A DNA stretch of 64,000 bases from Octopus sinensis. Taxonomy: Eukaryota. Both the position numbers and the translations under genes were made by a program. Position 1 is the stretch's first letter, and the number at the start of each line of letters is the position of its first letter. The stretch spans positions 43,400 to 107,399 of the forward strand of contig NW_021833962.1 of the NCBI RefSeq assembly GCF_006345805.1, read 5' to 3'. The notes under the pieces are model-generated. The model was not told the origin of the DNA. It did no database searches and worked only from the letters and a program-made list of their open reading frames with translations. Below, one piece after another: positions 1 to 12,019 of this stretch.

Positions 1-347
1 CTACATGGTTCTGGGTTCAATCCCACTGCGTGGCACCTTGGGCAAGTGCCTTCTACTTTAGCCTTGGGCCGACCAAAGCCTTGTGAGTGGATTTGGTAGA
101 CGGAAACTGAAAGAAGCCTGTCGTATATATGTATATAGATATGCGTTTGTGTCTGTGTTTGTCCCCCTAGCATTGCTTGACAACCGATGCTGGTGTGTTT
201 ACGTCCCCGTAACTTAGCGGTTCGGCAAAAGAAACTGATGGAATAAGTACTGGGCTTACAAAGAATAAGTCCCGGGGTCGATTTGCTCGACTAAAGGCGG
301 TGCTCCAGCATGGCCGCAGTTACATTGACTGAAACAAGTAAAAGAGA

Positions 348-350
<3 letters not shown>
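1..350 (+). mobile_element. SINE family A copy (array unit 1)
   Basis: B-box-like GGTTCAATCC, core CCTTGGGCAAGTG, 3' end GGCGGTGCTCCAGCATGGCCGCAG..CTGAAACAAGTAAAAGAG; more than 20 related copies in the window. Confidence 0.9.
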
Positions 351-390
<40 letters not shown>

Positions 391-485
391 ATAACAAAGG
401 GTAAAATTAATTAATTAAGAAGTAATCAATAATTTCACCAAGTAGAATTCGGGATGAAAAAAGGACCAATTCACGGTAAACTTAA

Positions 486-740
486 GTAATACTTAATAAT
501 TAGGGTTCAGCAAAGATTTGCTTTACCAGATACCGAAGTTTAGAAATAGCAGCCAAAACCTTAGCTATTTAGTCTACTTTAAAAAGTTAGGGTTAGGGTT
601 AGGGTTATTTAGTCTACTTTAAAAAGTTAGGGTTAGGGTTCTAATTTTTAAAGTAGAAGAAATAGCTAAGGTTTTGGCTGCTATTTCTAAACTTCGTTAT
701 GTGGTAAAGCAAATCTTTGCTGAACCCTAATTATTAAGTA

Positions 741-741
<1 letters not shown>
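486..741. mobile_element. Fold-back/MITE-like element, ~105 bp inverted arms with (TTAGGG)n in the loop
   Basis: Left arm GTAATACTTAATAATTAGGGTTCAGC...TCTACTTTAAAAAGTTAG is the reverse complement of right arm CTAATTTTTAAAGTAGA...GCTGAACCCTAATTATTAAGTA. Confidence 0.85.
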
Positions 742-788
<47 letters not shown>

Positions 789-935
789 CTATATATATTG
801 TGTGTGTGTATATATATGTACATACATACATACATACATACATACATACACACCACAGGCACACAAATGGGAAGACACATGCACGCAGATATAATGCTTG
901 CATATAGGTATGTATGAAGGAATGAATGATAGATT

Positions 936-997
<62 letters not shown>

Positions 998-1379
998 TAG
1001 ATAGATAGATAGTGAAAAAGAGAGAGATAGTTAGATAGATAGATAGATAGATAGAGAGAGAGAGGGATAGATAGAGAGAGAGAGAGAGGGATAGATAGAG
1101 AGATAAATAAATAGTTATTTTGTGTGAGTGGGTCGAGAGAGCCTTATGAATCCTTATATTTACGTATATCCCCCTCCCCTCCTCATCCTTCGCTTACTCC
1201 TTCTTATAAGTTTCCCTCTCTTTACTATGTCTATCTATCATGTCAGACTCTCTTTTCTTGCTATATCACTTTCTGTCTCTCAGTTCCACGCAACTGTCTT
1301 CCTTTCACTCTCTCCCCCTCTATCTCTCCCTCCATAACTCTTTCCCATCATTCCTACCCCTCTACCACCCTGTTACGTG

Positions 1380-1600
1380 AGCAACAACCCAAGTTCGAGT
1401 CGGTAACATCCGGAAACACCCGGCTCTTTCCGGCCTCTTCTCAAGCAGACGACACCTTTCTAAAGAGACGTCCATTTGGCCTTTTGAGCCATCCTTCACG
1501 CAATCTTCCCTCTTTTCTACACTTTAAAGGTAAGATTACTTTATTATTTCCAAAAAAAAATATTTAATTCCCTTCGTTTGCTTCAAATTTTGATCTTTTT
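1380..1600 (+). other. Exon-like CpG module with ETS-like sites, TCT-like CTCTTTCC and splice donor AAG|GTAAGA (repeated near 6520-6740, 8480-8900, 10680-10895)
   Basis: CATCCGGAAAC 1407-1417, CTCTTTCC 1424-1431, donor GT 1530-1531, AAATTTTGA 1585-1593; conserved across array units. Function inferred only. Confidence 0.45.
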
Positions 1601-2006
1601 CTGGAAAAGCATTTTTTCCCTCCAATTTTACGGTTAATTTGTTGAAAGAATGGAAAATGAGAAAAGCAAAAAAAAGTGAAAAATATTCTTGAAAAATGAA
1701 TGAAAAATTGTTTCTCATCCATAAAATATCAGTAATTTATTGTATGTTTAATATATTATATGTCTTTTTATGTCGGTGAAATAATAAAAATAATTTGTTT
1801 ATGAACGGAAATATTGATATTTATGAACGAAGTTATATAAAGAATTGCTTAAAATGATTTTTGTGTGAGAAATTCCCTTCGATTCGTCGAGGTTTTCAAA
1901 CTTTTGGCCCTTTTTCTTTCATCTTCATGTTTTTGGGAAAAGAAATATATGAATGACTGTTATTATGTTTGTTGTCCACAAACGTTTACTCTGAGCATGT
2001 GTCCCA

Positions 2007-2335
2007 ACCACATGGTTCTGGGTTCAATCCCACTGCGTGGCAGCTTGGGCAAGTGTCTTCTACTATAGCCCCGGGCCGACCAAAGCCTTGTGAGTGGATT
2101 TGGTAGACGGAAACTGAAAGAAGCTTGTCGTATATATGTATATATATGTGTATGTGTGTGTGCGTGTTTGTCCCCTAGCATTGCTTGACAACCGATGCTG
2201 GTGTGTTTACGTTCTCGTAACTTAGCGGTTCGTCAAAAGAGACCGATAGAATAAGATAGAGTAAAGGCGGTGCTCCGGCATGGCCGCAGTCAAATGACTG
2301 AAACAAGTAAAAGAGAATATATATATATATAAAGA
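2007..2335 (+). mobile_element. SINE family A copy with internal deletion (array unit 2)
   Basis: Matches family A but lacks the TACTGGGCTTACAAAG...GCTCGACT segment. Confidence 0.9.
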
Positions 2336-2478
2336 GTGTATATATATATATATTATATATATATATATATATGTATATATATAACAACAAAGGGTAAAAT
2401 TAACTAATTGAGAAGTAATCAATAATTTCACCAAGTAGAATTCGGTATGAAAAAAGGACCAATTCACGGTAAACTTAA

Positions 2479-2728
2479 GTAATACTTAATAATTAGGGTT
2501 CAGCAAAGATTTGCTTTACCAGATACCGAAGTTTAGAAATAGCAGCCAAAACCTTAGCTATTTAGTCTACTTTAAAAAGTTAGGGTTAGGGTTAGGGTTA
2601 TTTAGTCTACTTTAAAATGTTAGGGTTAGGGCTCTCATTTTTAAAGTAGAAGAAATAGCTAAGGTTTTGGCTGCTATTTCTAAACTTCGTTATGTGGTAA
2701 AGCAAATCTTTGCTGAACCCTAATTATT
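2479..2728. mobile_element. Fold-back element, right arm cut by LINE insertion
   Basis: Same arms as 486-741; sequence switches to LINE after CCCTAATTATT. Confidence 0.85.
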
Positions 2729-5610
2729 TGCTGAACCTGCCATCCTCTACACACCATCATAAACTGCGAGCAGAGTACAAATTGTTGTCCTTAAATGCTC
2801 GCAGTTTAAGCAACAAAATACATTTGTTCAACGCCTACGTCAGAAGTATTGACCCTGACTTCATCACTGTCACGGAAACATGGGCGCATTCCTTACTCTG
2901 TGATGGCGTTTTCAACATCACGGGGTACAACCTCTTCCGTAAGGACCGCAATAACCGCCGTGGTGGTGGTGTGATGATCTACGTTCGTTCAAATTTTTTG
3001 GTAATTCCTTGTGCCGATTTGAACGAATCAGAAGAAGAAGTTTTTTTATGTGATGTACGTATGACCATGTCAACACTCCTGCTTGTCGTTGTTTATCGTC
3101 CCCCAAATTACCATCAGGACACACAGCTTTGCAACATCCTCCGAGCTGCTGCCAGGAAAACAGCCACTTATGTGTTTATTGCAGGCGATTTCAATCATCC
3201 TGAGATCGATTGGGAAACCTTCCATTGGCCACAGAGTGCAAACGATTTTGTTGAGCTTGTGCTGGACTCAAACTGGTCACAAGTAGTCACCTCTCCAACA
3301 AGAGACGACAACACCTTGGACCTGCTCTTCACCACAACTCCTGAAGCAGTTATCAATTGCACTACGGAGGAACCTCTAGGTGACTCTGATCATGCTATGA
3401 TCATCGCCAATCTGGCTCTTGCGGGCAACAAACACCTGAACCATCTCCAATCTGCTTCCTTCGATTGGAAGAGAGCAGATTGGCACCTGTACCACACTGA
3501 ACTACAGCACCCAAACTGGCGTGAATTCTACAACTCTGGAGATGTGAATACTATACTCCAGAGTATCCTGGACTCAATATGGGCAGCATGTGCAGCATCA
3601 GTGCCACATAAACAAAAAAAGAACTGCCCCAAAAGGGCAATTTGGGAAACTTCAGCGGTCCGACTTGCCAGGAAGGAACGTCGGACTGCTGAACAGGAAT
3701 ACAAGTTGCATAAATCAGACACCAACAGGAAGAAGCGGAATAAATCCTCCAACCATCTCAAGCAAGTGACAAAAAATGCAGTGCTTGAATTTGAACAGTG
3801 CATAGCAGCCAATCCTGACAGCAAGGTTTTCTGGAAATATGTGCATTCAAAGCAGAGACCTCACTGTCCAGTGGGCCCTCTTCGCAACCCTCACACAAAC
3901 CAGATCACTGACGACCCCAAGGAATGCGCAGAACTCATTGCCGAGTGCTATGCAAACATATTCACTGTTGAAAGTCAAAATGTACCATCTTCACCATCAC
4001 TAACAGCAAACTCCATAACAACTATGGAATTTACACCTGCAATGCTGCGACGTCACCTTCAAAATAAGCGCAACTATGCCTCCCTGGTCTCGATGGAGTT
4101 ACATACCTGCTTCTCAAACGAGGCAGGCACTTCCTTTTACACCAGCTTTCTATTTTCTTCCAGTACTGTCTCAACAATGGTGCTACTCCGGAGCAGTGGA
4201 AAACTGCCAGTGTCATTCCTCTGTTCAAAAAGGGTGACCGCACATCACCTGTCAACTATCGCCCAGTCAGTCTCACTAGCTGTATTGCAAAACTGATGGA
4301 ATCGTGTGTCAGAGAAACACTCTGGAACTTCTGGAGCTCTCACAGTCTCATCCGACCCTCACAATATGGATTTGTCCCTAACTCCAGCTGCAGTGACCAG
4401 CTTGTCGAGTTCCTTGAGGACATTACTCAGATCACTGACAGTGGCTCATGGGTGGATGTTGTCTACCTTGACTTTGCTAAGGCTTTCAACTCTGTGCCAC
4501 ACAAAAGGCTTATGGTGAACTCTCTGCAATGGGTGTGGGGGATGACCTTTTTAACTGGTTGAAATCCTTCATCCTCAGGCGAAAGGAGGTAGTCACAGTT
4601 CTAGGACAGCACTCTACACCATATGAGATGTCATCGGGTGTACCACAGGGATCTGTCCTTGGTCCCCTCCTGTTTGTGGCATACTTTAATGACATAGATG
4701 CCAATTTAAAGAATGCCACAGTATTGAAATATGCAGACGACATCAAGCTGTACCTTGAAATCAAGAGGACTGATCCTGATGTCTACAACTCTTTCCTGCA
4801 ATCAGACCTGGACACAATGCAGCAATGGATCACAGACTGGCAACTGAAACTGGCTGTGGACAAGTGTACCACCATGCATTTTGGGATAAAAAACCCTGCG
4901 TCCACATACTCCCTCCACAACACTGATATCAAGAAATCCTCTTGCGAGCGTGACCTAGGCATCACTGTCAGCAGTGAGTTGCATTGGACAAAGCACATCT
5001 CTAAAATTGTCAGGAGGGCCGAGGGTGTCTTGGCATCACTCAGCAAGACTTTTGTTAGCCGCTCTCCAGCCATCTATTTAAAACTGTATACAGCTATGGT
5101 ACGACCACACTTGGAATTCGCATCATCAGTTTGGAATCCCTATCTTGCTCAGAACATTGACCTCCTGGAATCTGTCCAGAGACGTGCAACCAAACGCATA
5201 CCCTCCATCAGACACCTACCATATTCTGAGCGCCTTGTTTCCCTGGGCATGGATTCACTGAAGCTCCGGCGTCTGGCGACGGACTTGGTGAACACCCGCA
5301 AGGTATCAACCACCTCACCAACAACAACACTGAACACCTTTTTGATCTCCATGTGTCTAACACATGTGGACATATTTACAAAGTCAGAAAACAGCACAGC
5401 TCCCATGACTTTCGGAAACATTTTTTCATGCTCAGAGTTGCTGAAGCATGGAACAAACTGCCTGCGTCAGTTGTTGACTGCCATGACACTGCATCCTTTA
5501 AGGCCCTCATGCTTTCCGAAATCCGCCGAAACTACACCTGATTATATATACACTTTAGATGAGTTGTAGTGCACCTGAGCACTGTACACAATTATTATTA
5601 TTATTATTAT
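2729..5610 (+). mobile_element. CR1-clade LINE: APE endonuclease + reverse transcriptase (ORF2), about 3 frameshifts, (ATT)n tail
   Basis: ORFs 2710-4296, 4296-4562, 4529-5569 and 5353-5541 give SLNARSL, VTETW, GDFNHP.IDW, PTR..NTLDL, YLDFAKAF.SVPH, GVPQGSVLGPLLF, YADDIKL, RPHLEF..SVWNPY, RV..AWN.LP; 3' AATTATTATT tail. Confidence 0.95.
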
Positions 5611-7147
5611 ATATATATATAATAGATATATATATATATATATATATATATATCTTACATACATAATACATACATACGTAACATACACACATACATACAT
5701 ACACACACAGGCACACACTCATGGGAGACACATGCACGCATACATACTAAATGCTTGCATATATATATGTATGTAAGTATGAAGGAATGAATGTCAGATT
5801 GATAGACAGACAGACAGACAGAAAACAGACAGACTGTCAGACAGACAGACAGGCAGATAGACAGACAGACAGATAGCTAGATAGACAGGTAGATAGATAG
5901 ACTGGTAGATAGATAGACAGACAGACAGATAGATAGACAGGTAGATAGACAGACAGACAGATAGATAGATAGATAGACGGGTAGATAGACAGACAGACAG
6001 ATAGATAGATAGATAGACAGGTAGATAGACAGACAGACTGATAGATAGATAGATAGACAGGTAGATAGACAGACAGACAGATAGATAGATAGACAGATAT
6101 ATAGATAAATAGTGAGTGTATGTGGGTGGGTAGAGAGAGCCTTATGAAACCTTATATGTACGTATATCCCCCACCCCTCCTCTTCCTCCGCTCACTCCTT
6201 CTCCTTATAATTTTCCCTCTCTTTACAATGTCTATCTATCATGTATGACTCTCTTTTCCTGCTATATCCCTTTCTTCCTCTCAGTTCCACGTAGCTGTCT
6301 TCCTTTCACTCTCTCCCTTCCTCACTTTCCCATCATTCCTCCCCCTCTACCACTCTGTCATATGTGCAACAACCAAAGTTCGAGTCGGTAACAACCGGCT
6401 CTTTCCGGCCTCTTCCCTTTCTTTCTCTCTGTTCCATGTAACTGTCTTCCTTTCACTCTCTCCCCCTCTCTCCCTCCCTCACTCTTTCCCATTATTCCTC
6501 CCCCTCTGCCACTCCGTCACGTGAGCAACAACCAAAGTTCGAGTCGGTAACATCCGGAAACACCCGGCTCTTTCCGGCCTCTTCTCAAGCAGACGACACC
6601 TTTCTAAAGAGACGTCCATTTGGCCTTTTGAGCCATTCTTCACGCAATCTTCCCTCTTTTCTACACTTTAAAGGTAAGATTACTTTATTATTTCCAAAAA
6701 AAAATATTTAATTCCCTTCGTTTGCTTCAAATTTTGATTTCTTTCTGGAAAAGCATTTTTCCCCTCCAATTTTACGGTTAATTTGTTGAAAGAATGGAAA
6801 ATGAGAAAAGCAAAAAAAGTGAAAAATATTCTTGAAAAATGAATGAAAAATTGTTTCTCATCCATAAAATATCAGTAATTTATTGCATGTTTAATATATT
6901 ATATGTCTTTTTATGTCGGTGAAATAATAAAAATAATTTGTTTATGAACGGAAATATTGATATTTATGAACGAAGTTATATAAAGAATTGTTTAAAATGA
7001 TTTTTGTGTGAGAAATTCCCTTCGATTCGTCGAAGTCTTCAAACTTTTGGCCCTTTTTCTTTCATCTTCATGTTTTGGGGAAACGAAATATGTGAATGAC
7101 TGTTATTATGTTTGTTGTCCACAAACGTTTACTCTGAGCATGTGTCC

Positions 7148-7510
7148 CAACCGCCTGGTTCTGGGTTCAGTCCCACTGCGTGGCACCTTGGACAAGTGTC
7201 TTCTACTATAGCCTTGGGCCGACCAAAGCCTTGTGAGTGGATTTGGTAGACGGAAACTGAAAGAAGCCTGTCGTGTATATGTATATAGATATGCGTGTGT
7301 GTCTTTGTGTCTGTGTTTGTCCCCCTAGCATTGCTTGACAACCGATGCTGGTGTGTTTACGTCCCCGTAACTTAGCGGTTCGGCATAAGAAACCGATGGA
7401 ATAAGTACAGGGCTTACAAAGAATAAGTCCCGGGGTCGATTTGCTCGACTAAAGGCGGTGCTCCAGCATGGCCGCAGTTACATTGACTGAAACAAGTAAA
7501 AGAGAGTGTA
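7148..7510 (+). mobile_element. SINE family A copy (array unit 3)
   Basis: Family A core and 3' tail. Confidence 0.9.
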
Positions 7511-7621
7511 TATATATATATATATAATAACCAAGGGTAAAATTAATTAATTAAGAAGTAATCAATAATTTCACCAAGTAGAATTCGGTATGAAAAAAGG
7601 ACCAATTCACGGTAAACTTAA

Positions 7622-7880
7622 GTAATACTTAATAATTAGGGTTCAGCAAAGATTTGCTTTACCAGATACCGAAGTTTAGAAATAGCAGCCAAAACATTAG
7701 CTATTTAGTCTACTTTAAAAAGTTAGGGTTAGGGTTAGGGTTATTTAGTCTACTTTAAAAAGTTAGGGTTAGGGTTCTAATTTTTAAAGTAGAAGAAATA
7801 GCTAAGGTTTTGGCTGCTATTTCTAAACTTCGTTATGTGGTAAAACAAATCTTTGCTGAAGCCTAATTATTAAGTATTAC
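7622..7880. mobile_element. Fold-back element (array unit 3)
   Basis: Termini GTAATAC...GTATTAC, TTAGGG loop with internal duplication. Confidence 0.85.
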
Positions 7881-7886
7881 TATATA

Positions 7887-7938
<52 letters not shown>

Positions 7939-8097
7939 CATACATACATACATACATACATAACATACATACATATGCATACATACATACATACATACAC
8001 ACACAGGCACACACTCATGGGAAGACACATGCACGCATACATACAAAATGCTTGCATATATATATGTATGTAAGTATGAAGGAATGAATGTCAGATT

Positions 8098-8135
<38 letters not shown>

Positions 8136-8621
8136 AAACAGACAGACTGTTAGACAGACAGACTGTCAGACAGAGAGACAGATAGATAGACAGACAGACA
8201 GATAGATAGATAGATAGACAGATAGATAAATAGTGAGTGTATGTGGGTGGGTGGAGAGAGCCTTATGAAACCTACACGTAAGTATATCCCCCCCCCTCCT
8301 TATCCTTGCTCACTCTTATAAACTTTCCCTCTCTTTACTCTGTATATCATCATGTCTGACTCTCTTTTCCTGCTATACCCTTTCTTCTCTCAGTTCCACG
8401 TAACTGTCTTCCTTTCACTCTCTCCCTCCCTCACTCCTTCCGATCATTCCTCCCCCTCTACTACTCTGTTACGTGAGCAACAACCAAAGTTCGAGTCGGT
8501 AACATCCGGAAACACCCGGCTCTTTCCGGCCTCTTCCCTTCTCAGCAGACGACACTTTTCCAAAGAGACGTCCATTTGGCCTTTTGAGCCATTCTTCACG
8601 CAATCTTCCCTCTTTTCGACA

Positions 8622-8863
8622 CTTTAAAGGTAAGATTACTTTATTATTTCCGGCCTCTTCTCAAGCAGACGACACTTTAAAGGTAAGATTACTTTATTAT
8701 TTCCGGCCTCTTCTCAAGCAGACGACACTTTAAAGGTAAGATTACTTTATTATTTCCGGCCTCTTCTCAAGCAGACGACACTTTAAAGGTAAGATTACTT
8801 TATTATTTCCGGCCTCTTCTCAAGCAGACGACACTTTAAAGGTAAGATTACTTTATTATTTCC
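8622..8863 (+). repeat. 53-bp tandem repeat, 4 full copies plus a partial
   Basis: CTTTAAAGGTAAGATTACTTTATTATTTCCGGCCTCTTCTCAAGCAGACGACA starts at 8622, 8675, 8728, 8781 and 8834. Confidence 0.95.
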
Positions 8864-9316
8864 AAAAAAAAATATTTAAATACCTTTGTTTGCTTCAAAT
8901 TTTGATTTTTTCTGGAAAAGCATTTTTTCCCTCCAATTTTACGGTTAATTTGTTGAAAGAATGGAAAATGAGAAAAGCAAAAAAAAGTGAAAAATATTCT
9001 TGAAAAATGAATGAAAAATTGTTTCTCATCCATAAAATATCAGTAATTTATTGCATGTTTAATATATTATATGTCTTTTTATGTCGGTGAAATAATAAAA
9101 ATAATTTGTTTATGAACGGAAATATTGATATTTGTGAACGAAGTTATATAAAGAATTGTTTAAAATGATTTTTGTGTGAGAAATTCCCTTCGATTCGTCG
9201 AAGTTTTCAAACTTTTGGCCCCTTTTCTTTCATCTTCATGTTTTGGGGAAACGAAATATGTGAATGACTGTTATTATGTTTGTTGTCCACAAACGTTTAC
9301 TCTGAGCATGTGTCCC

Positions 9317-9683
9317 AACCACATGGTGGGTTCAGTCCCACTGCGCGGCACCTTGGGCAAGTGTCTTCTACTATAGCCTTGGGCCGACCAAAGCCTTGTG
9401 AGTGGATTTGGTAGACGGAAACTGAAAGAAGCCTGTCGTATATATGTATATATATATATATATATATATGGTGTGTGTGTATGTGTTTGCGTGTCTGTAT
9501 TTGTCCCCCTAGCATTGCTTGACAACCGATGCTGGTGTGTTTACGTCCCCGTAACTTAGCGGTTCGGAAAAAGAGACGATAGAATAAGTACTGGGCTTAC
9601 AAAGAATAAGACCGGGGTCGATTTGCTCGACTAAAGGCGGTGCCCCAGCATGGCCGCAGTCAAATGACTGAAACAAGTAAAAG

Positions 9684-9686
<3 letters not shown>
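9317..9686 (+). mobile_element. SINE family A copy (array unit 4)
   Basis: Family A core and tail. Confidence 0.9.
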
Positions 9687-9755
<69 letters not shown>

Positions 9756-9862
9756 ATGTAATATATAATAACAAATGGTAAAATTAATTAATTGAGAAGT
9801 AATCAATAATTTCACCAAGTAGAATTCGGGATGAAAAAAGGACCAATTCACGGTAAACTTAA

Positions 9863-10080
9863 GTAATACTTAATAATTAGGGTTCAGCAAAGATTTGCTT
9901 ACCAGATACCGAAGTTTAGAGATAGCAGCCCAAACCTTAGCTATTTAGTCTACTTTAAAAAGTTAGGGTTAGGGTTCTAATTTTTGAAGTAGAAGAAATA
10001 GCTAAGGTTTTTGGCTGCTATTTCTAAACTTCATTATGTGGTAAAGCAATCTTTGCTGAACCCTAATTATTAAGTATTAC
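9863..10080. mobile_element. Fold-back element, short-loop variant (array unit 4)
   Basis: Same arms but only one TATTTAGTCTACTTTAAAAAGTTAGGGTTAGGGTT block. Confidence 0.85.
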
Positions 10081-10085
10081 TATAC

Positions 10086-10131
<46 letters not shown>

Positions 10132-11307
10132 ATATATATATATATATATATACATACTACATACATACATACATACATACATACACACACAGGCACACAC
10201 TCATGGGAAGACACATGTACGGATACATACAAAATGCTTGCATATATATATATAGTATGTCAGTATGAAGGAATGAATGTCAGATTGATAGACAGACAGA
10301 CAGATAGACAGATAGCTAGATAGATAGACAGACAGACCGATAGATAGAAAGACAGGTAGATAGACAGACAGACAGACAGACAGATAGATAGATAGACAGG
10401 TACATAGATAGATAGATAGTGAGTGTATGTGGGTGGGTGGAGAGAGCCTTACGAAACGTTACACGTAAGTATATCCCCCTTCCCTCCTCGTCCTCCGTTC
10501 ACTCCTTCTCATAACTTTCCCTCTCTTTACTCTGTATATCTATCATGTCAGACTCTCTTTTCTTGCTATATTACTTTCTGTCTCTCAGTTCCACGCAACT
10601 GTCTTCCTTTCACTCTCTCCCTCTCTATCTCTCCCTCCATAACTCTTTCCATCATTCCTCCCCCTCTACCACCCTGTTACGTGAGCAACAACCCAAGTTC
10701 GAGTCGGTAACATCCGGAAACACCCGGCTCTTCCGGCCTCTTCTCAAGCAGACGACACCTTTTAAAGAGTCCATTTGGCCTTTTGAGCCATTCTTCACGC
10801 AATCTTCCCTCTTTTCGACACTTTAAAGGTAAGATTACTTTATTATTTCCAATAAAAAATATTTAATTCCCTTCGTTTGCTTCAAAATTTGATCTTTCTG
10901 GAAAAGCATTTTTTCCCTCCAATTTTACGGTAATTTGTTGAAAGAATGGAAAATGAGAAAAGCAAAAAAATGTGAAAAATATTCTTGAAAAATGAATGAA
11001 AAATTGTTTCTCATCCATAAAATATCAGTAATTTATTGTATGTTTAATATTTATATGTCTTTTTATGTCGGTGAAATAATAAAAAGAATTTGTTTATGAA
11101 CGGAAATATTGATATTTATGAACGAAGTTATATAAAGAATTGTTTAAAATGGTTTTTGTGTGAGAAATTCCCTTCGATTCGTCGAAGTTTTCAAACTTTT
11201 GGCCCTTTTCTTTCATCTTCATGTTTTGGGGAAACGAAATATATGAATGACTGTTATTATGTTTGTTGTCCACAAACGTTTACTCTGAGCATGTGTCCCA
11301 ACCACAT

Positions 11308-11622
11308 GGTTCCGGGTTCAATCCCACTGCGTGGCACCTTGGGCAAGTGCCTTCTACTATAACCTTGGGCCGACTAATGCCTTGTGAGTGGATTTGGTAG
11401 ACGGAAACTGAAAGAAGCCTGTCGTGTATATGTATATAGATATGCGTGTGTGTCTTTGTGTCTGTGTTTGTCCCCCTAGCATTGCTTGACAACCGATGTT
11501 GGTGTGTTTACGTTCCCATAACCTAGCGGTTCGGCAAAAGAGACCGATGGGAGAAGTACTGGGCTTACAAAGAATAAGTCCCGGGGTTGATTTGCTCGAC
11601 TAAAAAAAGGCGGTGCTCCAGC
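11308..11622 (+). mobile_element. SINE family A copy, 3'-truncated (array unit 5)
   Basis: Ends at GGCGGTGCTCCAGCAC, then jumps to the array AT-rich block. Confidence 0.85.
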
Positions 11623-12019
11623 ACCAATAAAATATCAGTAATTTATTGTATGTTTAATATATTATATGTCTTTTTATGTCGGTGAAATAATAAAAATAAT
11701 TTGTTTATGAACAGAAATATTGATATTTACGACCGAAGTTATATAAACAATTGTTTAAAATGATTTTTGTGTGAGAAATTCCCTTCGATTCGTCGGGGTT
11801 TTCAAACTTTTGACCTTTTTCTTTCATCTTCATGTTTTTGGGAAACGAAAGATAGCTTCATGAAGAGAATTGATGCCTGTTTTATTGCGGAGGGAACTCA
11901 ATTTGAGCATTTGTTAGGATGAATATTAATAAAGTGTTTCTTCATGTTGGGTAACAGATGGATGTCAGATGGGATTTAAATCGGGAGAGTTCAGAGGATG
12001 CAAATATATATATATATAT

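Larger units (their letters stand above)
1..11850 (+). repeat. Tandem array of ~2.0-2.2 kb composite units (about 5 units, last one truncated)
   Basis: The same ordered blocks recur: SINE - (TA)n - fold-back - (TA)/(TACA)n - (GACA/GATA)n - CT-rich/CpG module - AT-rich block. SINE starts at ~1, 2007, 7148, 9317 and 11308; unit 2 is lengthened by a 2.9 kb LINE. Confidence 0.95.

Noticed and set aside
586-640. True telomere or interstitial telomeric tract
   Set aside because: Only 2-3 hexamers per run, embedded in a fold-back element.
1393-1401. Pol III B box GTTCGAGTC implying a tRNA-like gene
   Set aside because: No A box at suitable spacing and no cloverleaf.
1945-2002. C/D-box snoRNA in each array unit (ATGAATGA...CTGA)
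   Set aside because: C box is non-canonical, length is only ~50 nt, terminal stem is weak and I cannot identify an rRNA target; a snoscan search would settle it.
8622-8863. CRISPR-like array
   Set aside because: Units are identical end to end with no unique spacers; eukaryotic context, no cas genes.
1124-11362. Short ORFs repeated in each array unit (e.g. MRNSLRFVEV..., MDEKQFF...)
   Set aside because: They differ by frameshifts between units and run into SINE sequence; they recur only because the DNA is repeated.
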